DNA of 51,953 bases from Perkinsus olseni (Eukaryota), in NCBI GenBank assembly GCA_013115125.1, contig JABANN010000218.1, positions 1 through 51,953 of the forward strand. The letters are read 5' to 3'. Every line of letters begins with the position of its first letter. The first letter of the stretch is position 1. Below, piece by piece: positions 1 through 15,495 of the stretch. A program made the translations under genes and the position numbers. The notes under the pieces were generated by a model, which saw only the letters and a list, made by a program, of their open reading frames with translations, was not told the origin of the DNA and made no database searches.

Positions 1-625
1 CCTCAAACTCTAAAAATTGTAGAAGTTACCTCACTGACATGTTTCGCAACCTTTAGATTGCTCGTACTGTAGGTGGTGCATTGTTAAAGATGAACCTGCA
101 GTTATGCTGACTACTACAATCGAAAAGGCTGGTTCAGCATAAACATGGTGATGCTCTGCGACATCGACGGATGCTTGCCGTATCTTTGATTGCCGCTGGA
201 CTGGAGCGACGCACGAATCATCACTGATGATTCATCAGTGTTATCTGTTGGATGTGGCTCAGTAGAGAACTACTGTTGTTGTGGTATGAAAGCAATTGGT
301 GGCTTCGTTGTCTTGGGTATGCTCAACGATCAACAAGATCTCGCCGTTGGTGCAATCAGCATAGCTCGCCATGAAACCTCGCTATGTAGGCGAGGTTCCA
401 ACTGTTTGAAGCGGGACGCCGGAAGTATGTTATACACGATGGCCTGCAATTGCAGAAGTTGTGTTCCTCGTCCCTCTTCTGCGGGTACGTGTATCTACAC
501 CGGTGTTGAGAAATAGTTATGTATGGCCCATCGTCTGCAGTTTTCCGAGAAATTCCTGCAGCCTTTTTTGGAACTAGTGTGGAAATCGGGTACTTTTTAC
601 GACTTTTTCATCAGTCTCCGCTCAG

Positions 626-3603
626 GTATGTTCGTGTCCATTGGAGTGGGCGCGAGAGAGGCCGGTTCATTCCTCTGGATTAGCTTCATACTAGCGGCCC
701 TTGCATGCGGGTAAGCCGACTCGAAAAATGCAATTCATGCATCGCTTCGCTCCGCTCAGAATATCTGGTCTTTGTTACTGTGAGATGAGCTCTCTCGTCC
801 CAGTGGCTGGATCGGCCTACAGCTACGTCTACACCATCTTAGGCGAGCTACCGGCCGCTATTGTTGGCTTCGTGCGCATGCGTGCATACCACTCCTTTGC
901 AAACTCGTCTCAGGTTCTTTGTGTCGACAGCTCTATCTCGGCCGCTGCTGTTGCCAGAGCGTTCGCTGCCTACGTCAACGTTCTGCTTGGTGAAAAATTG
1001 CCGAAAATTTTGTAAGAATTTTTTGGCAAGAGAATGGGAATGATCATGTGGCATCTCGCTCAACTCCTAGTACTTGATAGCGTCAACGCCGGATTCCATC
1101 CTGTAGTTCTTCGAGTCCAATAGTTCGGACTTTTACGTCGTCCGATATCACCTTTTTAGAATTATAGGCGGGATACTTTGTGCTACTTTCACGACTACAA
1201 TGAGTGACTCGGCTCTGATCTGTCTCGGGTCACGACGCCATTATTCACCTCAGTCGCTTCGAAGTAGCCACGGCGGAAAATTACCGGGTCAAATTTTCCT
1301 GTTGGTATCTTATGGGTAAAATGACTTCTTTTCTAATTTCCGCTCGTCCAATTTCTTGTCCGTAGTAGTCCCATACCACCCCTTCACCAAATTTCATCCT
1401 CTATTCCTTAGGGCGAGCGAGATTAACATCAGGTACGACTACGACCTCGGATCTTCCGAGAATCTTTGGTCGATATCTTTGCTTTCCTTCCTGCTCTGCC
1501 TCCTCCTCGGGCTGCTCCTTTATCGCGGGATAAGGCAAACGAGCACGTGAGTGTGGGGAAAATTTTTCCAGAAAAAGCGGAAATTTTTTTATGATTTTTC
1601 AGTTTCAATAATTGGAGTACAATTCTGAATATGGCGGTGATTCTAGTGTTCATAGTTGGAGGTGAGTTCGCGGATGCAGCGCGCGCCCTGATGATCGATT
1701 TGTCAGGTTTCGTGTTCTTCCGTAGTGATATTTGGCATCCTACCACTCCTGAAGGGATCGTTCGCGGCTCTGGTCGAGTCTTTTTTGCGTATCTTGGTTT
1801 TGATGTTATCAACTGCTTGGCTGAGGAGACAACCGAGGTGAAAAAATCAGGAAAATTCAAATTTTCGGGAAATTAACGAAATTTGTCTCGAAGATCTCAA
1901 ATTTTCCAGTCGGTAATAACTCAACTCTAAAAATTTCGATAATTTTCCGGAGAAAGATACGAAAATGACATCTCTGGTTCGATCCTTGGCAGGGTTATTT
2001 CTTCAGGCACGTCGACTGGTCCCGCGGGCAATAATCATCACCATTGTTATTTGCTGTGTGGTGTACGTATTGGTCGCAGGTAGGCGGAGCGAAGCGATTC
2101 ATGTAATCCAATTCTAGCTTTTTAGTCGCTTTCGTCCATTTGGCACCCCTGGCTAGTGTTAGTATGGACGCACCGCTGGCGACAGCTTTTGAAGCGAGAG
2201 GAGCGACAGTCCTAGAGTAAGCAACCCTCTTCGTATCTTCCTTGCTTCGACCTTGGATATTCCATAGTCTATTCTGAACAGCTACCCTCGACAATATTTT
2301 CCGAAATTTTTTCAGATTCGTGGTCTCGCTCGGCGCCGTTGGTAACACGATGACCTCCGTCATGTCGTCCATGATCGTTCAGCCGAGAATCATGCTGAGG
2401 ATGAGCAGTGACGGCCTCCTCCCCGAAGCGGTGAATCGCATCTTATATAGTGAAACGGCTGATCGATTCCATCTTGGTCAGATCGGAAGACTCACGAGTT
2501 CTGGTACTCCTTCCACGGCTCTTATTATAACAATCGTTATGTCATCAGCGCTCGCCCTGGTGATCGATTTTGAAGCTCTCGCAGATATTGTATCTTTCGG
2601 AGCTTTGCTGAGCTTCCTGGCTGTATGCCTATGTACCATGTTAGGTAAAAAATTTCTAAAAAATTTGCCTGAAAATTCTCGGGAAACTTCTCTTTTCTCC
2701 AGGCCGAGTTGTGCCGCCCTCTGTCTATCGTCAGCGGGCAGCCGCCAGTCAACAGCCGCAAGAATACGGAAAACCCGACGCAAACGGAGCGCCCGCGGCG
2801 GCCAAGAGTAGAACGCTCGTAGCCGATCTGCGAGTTCCTTGGATCAACCTAAGATTCTCGTGCAAGCGCTCAGCTCCGACCACATTACCCCAGAGAGATA
2901 CTCCTCATGGTTCTTTTCTTCGAGGTGAGATTTTTTTCCCAATTTTCCCCGACTTTTCCTTTTTTTCAGGTTGCAACATTAGTTTTCGGTGCGCTATTTT
3001 TGCACGATCTTGTGAGTATCTTTTTTTACCTCCCTTTGTTAATCATTTGTCTCTTCGCCGGGATCGCCACTTCCCGCGTGGTCCGCACATATTTCAAGTA
3101 AGACGAATTTTATCAAACCCGACGACTCGAATGATAACAGTTACACTGATCTCGGCGATGGTAATGAGGACCCTCTGACCAAACCTTTCCGAGTGCCGGG
3201 AGCCCCAGAAGTCCCTCTAGCTGGGATGTTCATCAACACGTAAAGCCAGCGTGATAAGAGATTTATTATCGCCCTCGAACGATGGCTCAGGTACATGATT
3301 TCGGGCCTGCCATTCGCGGCCGTTCTCCGAGGATTGGCAGTGATGCTCGTCGCCATCACATTTTATTTTGCGTATTCAATTAGAAATTCGAACTTAGCGG
3401 CATCGGGAGAAACAGCGGTGCAAAAGATGTAAGCCGGGAGAATCGAACCGGGTGCCTCTCTCTTGACAGCCGCAACCTCTACCACTGTGCTACTCGAGAT
3501 GTTTCTCCATTGTAGGGACGGGAAGATAGCCGGACGATATGTGAACTTCGAGAATGACGACGACTCCACCAGCCTTGATGGAGACACCGAAGATGTGATT
3601 TAA
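626..3603 (+). CDS. APC-superfamily cationic amino acid transporter (CAT-like), multi-exon; N-terminal exon(s) not identified
   Basis: Spliced exons read GMFVSIGVGAREAGSFLWISFILAALACG (626-710), ISGLCYCEMSSLVPVAGSAYSYVYTILGELPAAIVGF, GRVFFAYLGFDVINCLAEETTE|ARRLVPRAII, SSMIVQPRIMLRMSSDGLLP, LADIVSFGALLSF and PFRVPGAPEVPLAG, all typical CAT motifs. GT-AG introns include 711-759, 1838-2006 and 3429-3515. The last exon ends DTEDVI-TAA at 3603. Confidence 0.88.
3429..3515 (-). other. 87-nt intron of the + strand CAT gene containing an antisense tRNA-Asp-like pseudo-tRNA
   Basis: The reverse complement reads TAGCACAGTGGTAGAGG-TTGCGG-CTGTCAA-GAGAG-AGGCA-CCCGGTTCGATTCTCCCGG: A-box, GTC anticodon loop and B-box at tRNA spacing, with poorly paired stems. 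Confidence 0.72.
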
Positions 3604-3955
3604 AGTCATGACCAGTTTCTTGTGAGTAACTTCTTCGTTGCGTTCGAGTGGACACCCCTCTCGAGAGGGAAAATCTGCGTAGTGCGCCGTATCCACTCTC
3701 ACACATCGGGGTCATTTCTTTGACGCACCGCTCCGCTGAGCTTCTCAAAGATAGGAAGCTTGCAAATTGGCGCAAACGTGATCAAAACTTGCAATCTCGC
3801 TCCGACTTGCATTTCCTCAACTGATGGCTACCCACTATAACAACACAACACTATGCTTCACTATAGAATTTTTCAGCCGATCTACGATAAGAATTTCAGC
3901 GAGGGTAGTCAACCAAAAATAGTATACAGGTAAAAGTAGGACAGAAATATAATCA

Positions 3956-6252
3956 TTAATCGGCCCATGCAGGAGCCATCAAAAGCAAAGCGCCAGGGAG
4001 CAGATCGGCACGCAACGGGCTTGCCGAATCCATCAGCTCGCCATCGATGCCGAACTCAGCGTATCTTCTATCAGGATGAGACGCATCTCGTTTAATAGTG
4101 GGTTCAAAAACAACAGAAGTAACTCGCTCGGTCGTCACTCGAGGATCTTCCAAGTGCTTGTTGTCCGTCACCTTCGCTACGATTTGGGTGAATCTGCAAA
4201 GAGGCGTATCTTGAGGTCAACAAATGTACCATCTTACGTAAATCGATCAACTGCTGGTATTATAACCAGCTCCATGTAGCCGCTTGCTAAATGAGCGTTT
4301 TGCATCCAAACGGTTCGGTCTTCGGTATTTCGCACGGCCACGTTCGTCAGCGACAACAAAGATACTCCCTTCTGATCATCAACTTCAACCCATCCCTCTT
4401 CGCCCGCCTTCACGATTGGTGACGGATCAAGCATCTTGTGACCATCAGATTTTTCCAAATATTTTGTAGTAATTTTATGCAACACACTGCAGGCCATGCA
4501 AGAGGTCCCGCAAGGCCCCACATCTTGCAACCACCGAAGCATCTTCGATTCCGCCGTCGGCAGCGGCTCGCTCGTCTCAGGCGAGGAGGACTCGGCCGTT
4601 AATTCAGAAACGACCGGGCCAACTAGATTACTAATTTCGGGCGCGCTGGTGGTCTTATGGCAGCCGAGTGAAGGAGCCGCAAGACGACGGTCTATCTTAC
4701 TCCGTAAATACCTGAAAAATACCCCTGCCAGGGATCGAACCCACGACCTTCCGCTTACCGGCATTTCATCCCAGTGTATGCCAAACTAAATCCTCCTTTT
4801 CCATGTCCAACGTCGCTCGGATCTCCCCCTCCTCGGAACACCGTCTGCGCACCCGCAAAGATATATCTCGTGGGGCCCAAAAATCTTTTATTTTCCGACC
4901 GGACATTAACCTCGGCGATAAAACCATAATTAAGTCCGCACAACGCCAAAGTAACCTGTGGTCCCTCAGGCAAGTATCTTGTTATTTTCATGACATCCAC
5001 AGGTCTCATCCAGCCATTAACAATAGCCGTCGCCGCTGTCAGGGGCTGCCTCATTCCGCCACTGGCCGCCAAAGAGTTGTGGCTTCCCGCTGGGAGTTGA
5101 CCAATTCCGAGAATCGCAAAAGCCTCGGACGCATCCGGTCGTTCGGCCATGCCGTTCACGAGTTCATAGACCAAACCATCGCCGCCAACTGCTGCAATCG
5201 CTCCTATTTTTTCCAAATCGATCGACCGAGCGATTTCACCCGCGTGGCCAGGATGGTCAGTCTGCACGACTGAGTACTTCCGATGGGCTCTGTCCAGCAT
5301 AGGTTGAAGAATTTCCCGGAACATCTTTTTTGCGCGTTTCCGACCGCCGATCGGGTTGATGACGACCAGCAGCTCTTTCTCGCGACCGTACTGGGGTGTC
5401 GTCCAGTCTGTTAAAATCTCCTCCCACTTGGCGACACCCGCAACAAAGGGAACTCGGAAAGTGAACCTGAATGAAAAGATATCTTTTGACTCTGCGATCT
5501 CCTAGGTCGACCTCAAGATATCTTACTCTCTCAACTCTCTTTTGAATGGGTCCTTGTGTTCTGTATAGCGACTCTTGAATGGATTCCGATGCTTACCCCG
5601 CAACTTCATAGAAGTAAAGATACGAATCGTCGTATCCCCTTCGACGTCGTAAGCATAAATATCTTCTGGGCGCCACTCGATCAGCAGCTCCCCGTACAAA
5701 TCATCGACGCGGATTCTGATGAAAATACCATAAAATCGCCGGACATCCTCCACGTACAACCGAAAATGACCCACTTATGCCGAACTTTATTTTACAAAAC
5801 TTAAGAACTTTCACGAACTAACATTTTCCGAAGAGTAAGTCCCTCGATCGAGGCTGTTTAAAAAGAAAAAAAATCCGTCACCAATTCCAAATTTCTGCAG
5901 TCCTCAATCGCGACCAGGAAGTGTTCGGATTCTGTATCTTGCATGCTTCAACCTCAAGATACTACCTCTTGCCAAAAGTAACATGGGCCGGCACATTCTT
6001 CCATCCCGGCTTGCCATGCTCCGTAAAAATACCAATATCGCTGGCAGCTGGTAACGACGACGACTCGCCATTATTTGTCGAATTAGCCAAATTAGTCGAA
6101 AGTTTTTCTCGCGCGCCCGGAGCCGAGTTGGGTTGACTTATCGTCGTCGCGGGCGATGCTGAACCGTGTGGAAGAATCTTCGGCTGCGAACCCGGCGGGG
6201 CTGACTCGATGCTCGCTTCATGTGGTACCTCCGTCGTAACAGGAACGGTCAT
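3956..6252 (-). CDS. Sphingosine/ceramide kinase-like protein (DAGKc family), multi-exon
   Basis: Motifs LLVVINPIGGRKRA, VGGDGLVYELVNG, LPAGSHNSLA, FLGPTRY and GIDGEL. Probable ATG at 6252 (MTVPVTTEV), stop at 3956-3958. Introns include 4712-4758. Confidence 0.88.
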
Positions 6253-6348
6253 AAATACAAAAGATAAGAGAACTGCAACGACAATCTTGCAATCTTGCAT
6301 TTCCTCAACGCTACACTGCAAATCGGCAGAGACCAGAGGATAAATGCT

Positions 6349-8990
<2,642 letters not shown>

Positions 8991-9082
8991 TGATTAAAAA
9001 CAACGAGTAAAATGGGCGGAAAATTCCGATCCCACGCTTAAACCAAAAACGTTCCAAATGAGGACGTAAAATATTTTGTAAA

Positions 9083-10840
9083 TCATTTCTCGCTGAATTT
9101 TGACTGAATTTTCTTGTCAAGTTTGCTTCGCTCCGCCTTCATCACTCCCCTCCGTCGTCGTTGCCGCTGCCGCACGCTCCTCTCGAGCGTTATGAAGGTC
9201 ATCAACAAGACCATCCATATCCCACTGATGCTCAGTCTGAGAAAAATGGACCTCGACTTGACCTCTTTTGTATCTTGCACGCATGAAGATAAGATACTCC
9301 CATCATTACTGCATCCCAGTAATCCATAATATTAACACTTCGATCGATCGCCTTCAACAACCAGAACTCGTACGGAGGAACCTACGAGAAATTTTCGTGC
9401 GCCACAAATTTTTTTTCAGATTTTTTCCGGAAAAAACTCACCGTCGTCGGCAAATCTTTAGCTGTCGTATCCGGCGGCATGGTCGACGGAATGGCAATAT
9501 CGTGCTCTCTTATGAGATAACTATAATCGATCGCCGGGGCGGGCGCTACTGTCGTTGCCACATCCGGGACCACAGCCCCTGAGCCGAACCGTGCGGCGCC
9601 TACCAAAGTCGAGCCTGAGAAGAGTAGAACGCGCGCATCGTCGAAGACCCGATCGATCCCACAATCGTTTCATTTTGACGTGATAGTAATTCGTTTCGAA
9701 ATGGCCAAATACGACGTTGAAGATATATTTTGGAAGATACCAATTGCTCATGAGAAAACGACGCATGAAGAGTCAATGGCTTCACCAAAAAGGAACTAGT
9801 CCCTCTTACCATGATTCACTCGAAGTTTCTCGGGTTACTCATAAAAATAGAACGAAAAAACAATGGGAGGGGATGCTCAATGGACTGCATTTCAGGAGTC
9901 CTCCTAGGATTGAATTTAACGTGTGAAAGACGATCCTGGGAGGGCTGTTGAACAGCCTGAATGTATACCAAAAAAGATACCAATCTCACGCGCTGCAAGA
10001 ACAATCACTAACTCTAGGATCACCAAGACTACCTAGCATCTTCGGGAGGGTTATAACTACGATACCAAAAAAATGAAGACTTATCGTGATATATTACAAT
10101 AACTACGATACCAAAAAAACTGTAGACAACGAAGATACCGAGATCACGATACATGAATTCGTCGATAGAAGTTCTATCATAGAACCCGTCGCACTACATT
10201 CAGCCGAGGACATGATCGGTTGGGTGATGTCAGGCCCGCCCATTGGAGTGGCGGGTGGCCGAGCTGAACCGATGCCTGGCAGGTTGGGCAGGGGGGGAAG
10301 CAAGGATGGGAACGGAGGTATCTAAGGTTACACTCATGCACAAGACGGAAAAAAAGATATCATCACGAAAACTGCAGCATGGCAGACCAAGCGTCCACCG
10401 AAGAATACCAATTTTGCTTATTATAAGAATTAACGGAAAGACAAATCTCTTCCCCGAATAAAAAATCTAACCAAATACCAGAATAGTAGTATCCAAGATC
10501 CATTTGCAAAAAAATCCGCGAGAACAAAATATTCGCGAGCGTAGATTTCGAGAGAATCTTAGGTTGAAGCGTGTCCCCCGCGGAAAGGCTATCGGTCCAG
10601 TACTACCTCGCTGTCGAGCATCCTAGGTCGAACCTTGATAGACATGACAAAATGGATGAAAGAAGCACACTGCAACGGCTCCGAGTGAGAATTCCGACAG
10701 ATAAGAAGACACCACACACAGGGATCGAACCCACGACCTTCTCATAATCGTCCACGCATACTAAGCGTTCGAGCTACATATTACCACGACTAGGAGGGTT
10801 CAGGACGCCGGTGAGGGTCACTAAGGAAGCTAGACTACAA
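9083..10840 (-). CDS. Hypothetical multi-exon protein with Pro/Thr-rich segments and a C-terminal TM helix followed by a basic tail; boundaries uncertain
   Basis: Exon-like segments LPPLPNLPGIGSARPPATPMGG (10103-10303), VVPDVATTVAPAP..DLPTT|gtgag (9442-9606) and LSISGIWMVLLMTFITLERSVRQRQRRRR (about 9150-9240), separated by AT-rich intron-like DNA. No recognised family. Confidence 0.45.
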
Positions 10841-11393
10841 CTCGAAAATGCTGATGATTGGAACGTGGGGCATCGGGAGAAACCATCTTCCGCTGGAAAG
10901 ATACCGCAACTTCACCGCACACAATGTTAAGATTCGTCCTGAGAAATTTTCCCAAATTATAGTCGTCGATGAACACTCGCGGGGATTACTGTCGACGGAC
11001 ACCCAGCTAGCCCGCCCGCCAAGATCTTCAAAATACTTCCGGCGAGTCGCCAAAACACACAATGAAGCTGTCTCCCAGAACGCTCAGGAGTCCCCTCACG
11101 GTTACTCAATTCCCGGGGGCGACGTTGAAGAAAGGCGGACTGGAGAGGAGGATCTAAAACTCAGAAAGAATGCATCCGAAAAAGAGAGTTCAATTTGGTT
11201 TGAAGGAAAATAAAAGCAGTTAACAGTAATAATTATCCAAGCACTAATAACTGCTCCCGAAGTACAAACGCAACAACTACCGAAATTGAAAAAAATCTGC
11301 CACCGATGACTTCTCTCAAACGGTGACCAGATTCTCGCAGCCGGTTCGAAACCGTGCCTCAGAAATTGCGAAGGGGAAAAGTAATGAAGGGCG

Positions 11394-13831
11394 TCAATGT
11401 ACCGCGGCGCGACCTTGGACCAAGCCTTGGATCGCGTAGAAAGTGCCGACGATAACAATACCTAGGACGACCGCTAGGGCTGTATAAGTTAGGTAGAGGC
11501 GGTATCCCCTTGGTTGCTGAATGCGAAGGTAAAACCAGAGGGGGAATATGTAGATTGAACCTGAGCGGAGCGAAGCTAGATTTTCAAATACCGGGTTGTT
11601 TGCTTTGAACTTACATGCTGTGAGAAGAATCCCACCTACGGCTTGGAAGTAGGCGAGCTGACTTCTAGCGACCACTGCCAACAGTGCGATGATGCTTATC
11701 ATCACACAACGCCATATAATCCTCCAGACAGTGCTTCCAGCGAAAGCGGCAGTTGTAGAGAATTTATGCTGAAAAAAATACCTCTGCCGGGAATAGAACC
11801 TCGGCCTTTCGGAGTACGGACGGGTGCTCGACCGCTACGCCAAACGAGGACTCACCAGCAGATGAGATATCTGCGTCTCGCTGCTAACCATCACCGGAAC
11901 CATGAGGACAGGGACGAATGCGAGCATCCTCACCAGAATGAAGGCACACGCTGTGTATATGAGCCACTTCGGGAGGACCCCCGCAGGAGCAACTAAAAAA
12001 TGACAAAACCGAGGATCGAACCTGCGACCGATTAAGCCATCTTCAATCTCGCCAATTCAAACTCCTGCTTCGCTCCGCCCACTTACGAGAGAAGTTTTCT
12101 ATGTAAACTTGCTCACAAGGGCCGTCACATAAAAGTATCCCCGCGGTTCCCAACACGTAAACGTAGAGTATCGAAATTATCAAACAGATGCACATCCACA
12201 TTGTGATACGGCTAGAGGGCGTGTCTGAAAAGGAATCTTTTCTGTGCGCACCAGCGAGGTCGTCGACGTACTCTTGACACAACCGTAGAAGGGCGGTAGG
12301 GATGGCGCCGCGCCAGAATTCCAAATGGACAGCGCGACTGCTGTGAAGAAATGCAAAACAGGCGGATCAGCAAGCTGCAGGTCATTCTCGACCTTTTTAA
12401 GGTCGGAAGATTCGACCAAAGTACCTGCGGCTACCTGAGTTGGGAAAGTTGTGGTATGGAAATGTGCACGCATGCGCACGACACTTACCAACATTCCCAA
12501 ACCACCAAGACCTGCGACTACGGCGGTCACTGCCAACACGCCATTGATCTCTTTCATAAAAGGACAAATGATTATTAACAAGGATAAAAAGGAAAATATG
12601 ATTATCCACCATTCAACTGAGCAAAGGAAAGATATTCTTCGCTGTGCGCAAAGATACGCCTACCGGATATAGAATCAAACAGAATATGCGTAGTGATGCC
12701 CATGGCCGCCTCAACGCCAATGACCGACATAAGATACTCCAGAAAGATGACCTAAGAATCAGGAAAAAAACTTCGCTCCGCTAAACTTTATTTTCCGCCA
12801 AGACCAACAAAAGATTCGCTACTAATCTCACAAGCTTCGTCTTACTGCCGAACCTAGGCTGCCGATCGCATTTGAATTTCGTGGCGCAGTGACGCTGCGC
12901 GAGATGGCCAACTTACCGCCGATGCAAACCTCCTCCCAAGGCGACCACCACAAAATTCGGCAAGAAAAGTGTACTCGCGTTCGAACGGTGGGACGCCTTG
13001 TTCTTCAGCAAACTGACAAACCTACAGCGGAGCGGGGCAATAATTCTTTCGCAACTTTCACTCATACCTACTTTTTCGTTACGCAAAGCCGCGCTGACCA
13101 TTCTGATACAAATGAATACCGAAACAGCGGTGAGCGCTTGAATCGGGATCGCCAGCAAGCCAGCGGTGGTGAACATGAACGGTACCGAGAGGCCGATGGT
13201 TGTTAGTGCATTCAAGCACGTGAGAACGAAGGACCTGACCCGGACCAGCAAGCAGTTACTCGACACGATCACAACAACGCTCCGCCACGTACTATACAAT
13301 TTGCAAAGTTTTTCGCTTGGAGGAGTCTTTTCATAAAGTCCAAGGAATCATTGGTTCTATGACGGAGTTTGCAGACCGTCATGATCACCATCATGAGGTG
13401 TCCTGTGAACATGTGTCGACATCTGCATCAGTATAGGTGCATAAATTGGAAAGAATCAACATCAAAAATAAACAAGAAATTACGATGGGCCACCCTTACC
13501 ATCTACTCTTGATGGATATTCCCTCTACGATGAGGCGCTCACGAAGAAGAACAAACATGAATGAACGATCAGTATCTAGTAGGTCACTACTGCACATTAC
13601 AAGTTAAAAGATACTACATGTACGCCATGAGTAGAGCTAGGCAGAACCCATGCCACCCCAACACTACCTCAAAGATATGCCGCTTTCCATTCTCTTACAT
13701 ACCGCACCATTCCCAACTCCCTTGCCTGACGTTGGCAGCTGGGCCTGGGTGGTGGTGGAGGGGTCCGTCGAGGCCTCGGTGGGGATGGTCGTAGCCACTG
13801 AGATCTCCGATGCTGAGTAGCAGTCAGTCAT
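11394..13831 (-). CDS. AAAP (Aa_trans) family amino-acid transporter, copy A (divergent)
   Basis: Exons MTDCYSAS..GNGAVCKRMESGISLR, SFVLTCLNALTTIGLSVPFMFTTAGLLAIP, EYTFLAEFCGGRLGG, HFFTAVALSIWNSGAAPSLPPFY and GSIYIFPLWFYL..QGRAAVH*. Multiple TM segments; same exon layout as copies B-E. The family call rests on the N-terminal G-L-S-x-P-F-x-F-x-x-A-G signature. Confidence 0.8.
11769..11855 (-). other. 87-nt spliceosomal intron filled by a degenerate tRNA-like sequence (A-box, B-box, T7)
   Basis: GTGAG-TCCTCGTTTGGCGTAGCGGTCGAGCACCCGTCCGTACTCCGAAAGGCCGAGGTTCTATTCCCGGCAGAGGTA-TTTTTTTCAG. The flanking exons join in frame (HLL|HKFST). Confidence 0.75.
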
Positions 13832-15495
13832 GGCAGGAGAGGGTGATAGTGATGCCGCCTTTGCGAGGCTCACCAAACGCCTAAAATATCATACGCTCTG
13901 AATTTGCCATGGATCGACCTTAGATATTTCTCGTAACGGTCATGATGATGACAGTTCCCAAGAGGCCCAAGCCCGCCACGAAGAGACGCCGATTCGCAGG
14001 TCACCGCGTCGACACGAGACGGCGTCTCGAAACGGGGAAGATTTTGTCTCAGTCGAAGTCGACCTAAGATTCGCTTTGGTGTATCTTTTCAAGGCCCTGG
14101 CTCAACTCAACTCCACAGTAATTGGCCAACAGATCGATAATCGAGAGGATCGACACGTGAGGCAAAGCCCCGACGAATAATTGCCAAGAAGTTGCTGGGG
14201 CGAAATTAATCAACAGCTGAACCCGATGGGAATGGACCCCACCCGGACTCAGCTGAGCTCTCAGGAATCTTCCACAACCACCACAACCTGAGGGGAAGAG
14301 TCTCGACTCTGGAAAAAGATTAATGGGGCATTCGGTCAGCCTGCGCGGTCACCGCGGTTAACGTGAGCCAAGGAACGACGAGTGCGCAAGATTAGTATCT
14401 TCGCCCGACGTATCCGACGGTTTCAACGTATCCGTAACAGCCTCGCAGAGGCTGAATTTCTATCACTGCTACTGTACTGTTACAACGTTGGTTCGTACCG
14501 TTGCTACGTATTGTGGTTGTGGATCGTACGTACTAGCTCTGGTCTGCTGTGTCTCTGCTACGACTAGTGCACGTGAGTAGCTATAGATAGCTATAGAAGT
14601 ATTGGTATTAACGACTGTGATGTTGGGTTCATAGATGGACGTGAACTCTCTCTCTATTGAGGATTCAGGCGTTGCCAGCAGCGGTCACTTCCCCACCTTC
14701 GCTCCTCCTCTACGCGGGGTCGACGTCTATTCTGCGTTTTTCCTGCAAGGCTCACCCCGCGACCGCGCAAGCCAATTCTTTCCTGACGAAAATACTATCG
14801 ATTCGAAGAGACCCGGTAACGCAATCAGCAGAGCGACAAGTAATAGAATGATACGGTCCCGCTGCAGGAACCGCCAGGAGGACTCTAGCCGTTTCATGGA
14901 CGGCGGTTTCATTCGCAGGAGGGTGCACTCCACGTCTCCACTTTTGAACCAAACGTTTTTGGTGGTGTAAAAATATTCGAATTCGTGACAAACTCCGGGG
15001 GGGGGGTTCGACGAGGTGCCGATTAGAGACAGAGAGAAACAAGCATCTCGTTTACCCCTACACGACGAGGCTAGCTGCACGCATGCACCAATTCTCAGAA
15101 TTGAATTCTGTTTCTGGCCAGCTTCAACCTCGGATGTGGTATGTCAGGTAGTGAGCTGACTCACATGCGTTCAGTGAGGGATCTTACGTACTCGATCAGA
15201 GAAAGTAGGTCCCCGTCACTAAGCCTTCTCGAACAAGAAGCCACGATTCCCCTCCCCCCCCCACTCTTGGGTGCTGGTAATTGGAAACAAACGACCAATT
15301 TGACAGGATTTTGCGATGGAACGCCCGCATATGAGAAAATCCTGCAAAGTCCTGCCCGATCTCAGAGGAATCTTGGAGGAGGGTTAAAGCAGACGTCCCC
15401 TACCATTTATATACATTAGTAGTTGATTTGAGGCGACGCAAGTCCTTCAATCAATTATGTTCGGCCCTCATGCAGTATCTACACCTTTTCCTGAG

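Noticed and set aside
60-520. ORF 190-516 as a gene or CAT N-terminal exon
   Set aside because: Non-ATG start, no recognisable motif and no in-frame splice link to exon 626 found.
9083-9280. TM segment upstream of the TKL kinase suggesting a receptor-like kinase fusion
   Set aside because: An in-frame TAA lies two codons before ATG 8990 with no AG acceptor between them, so these are more likely two genes.
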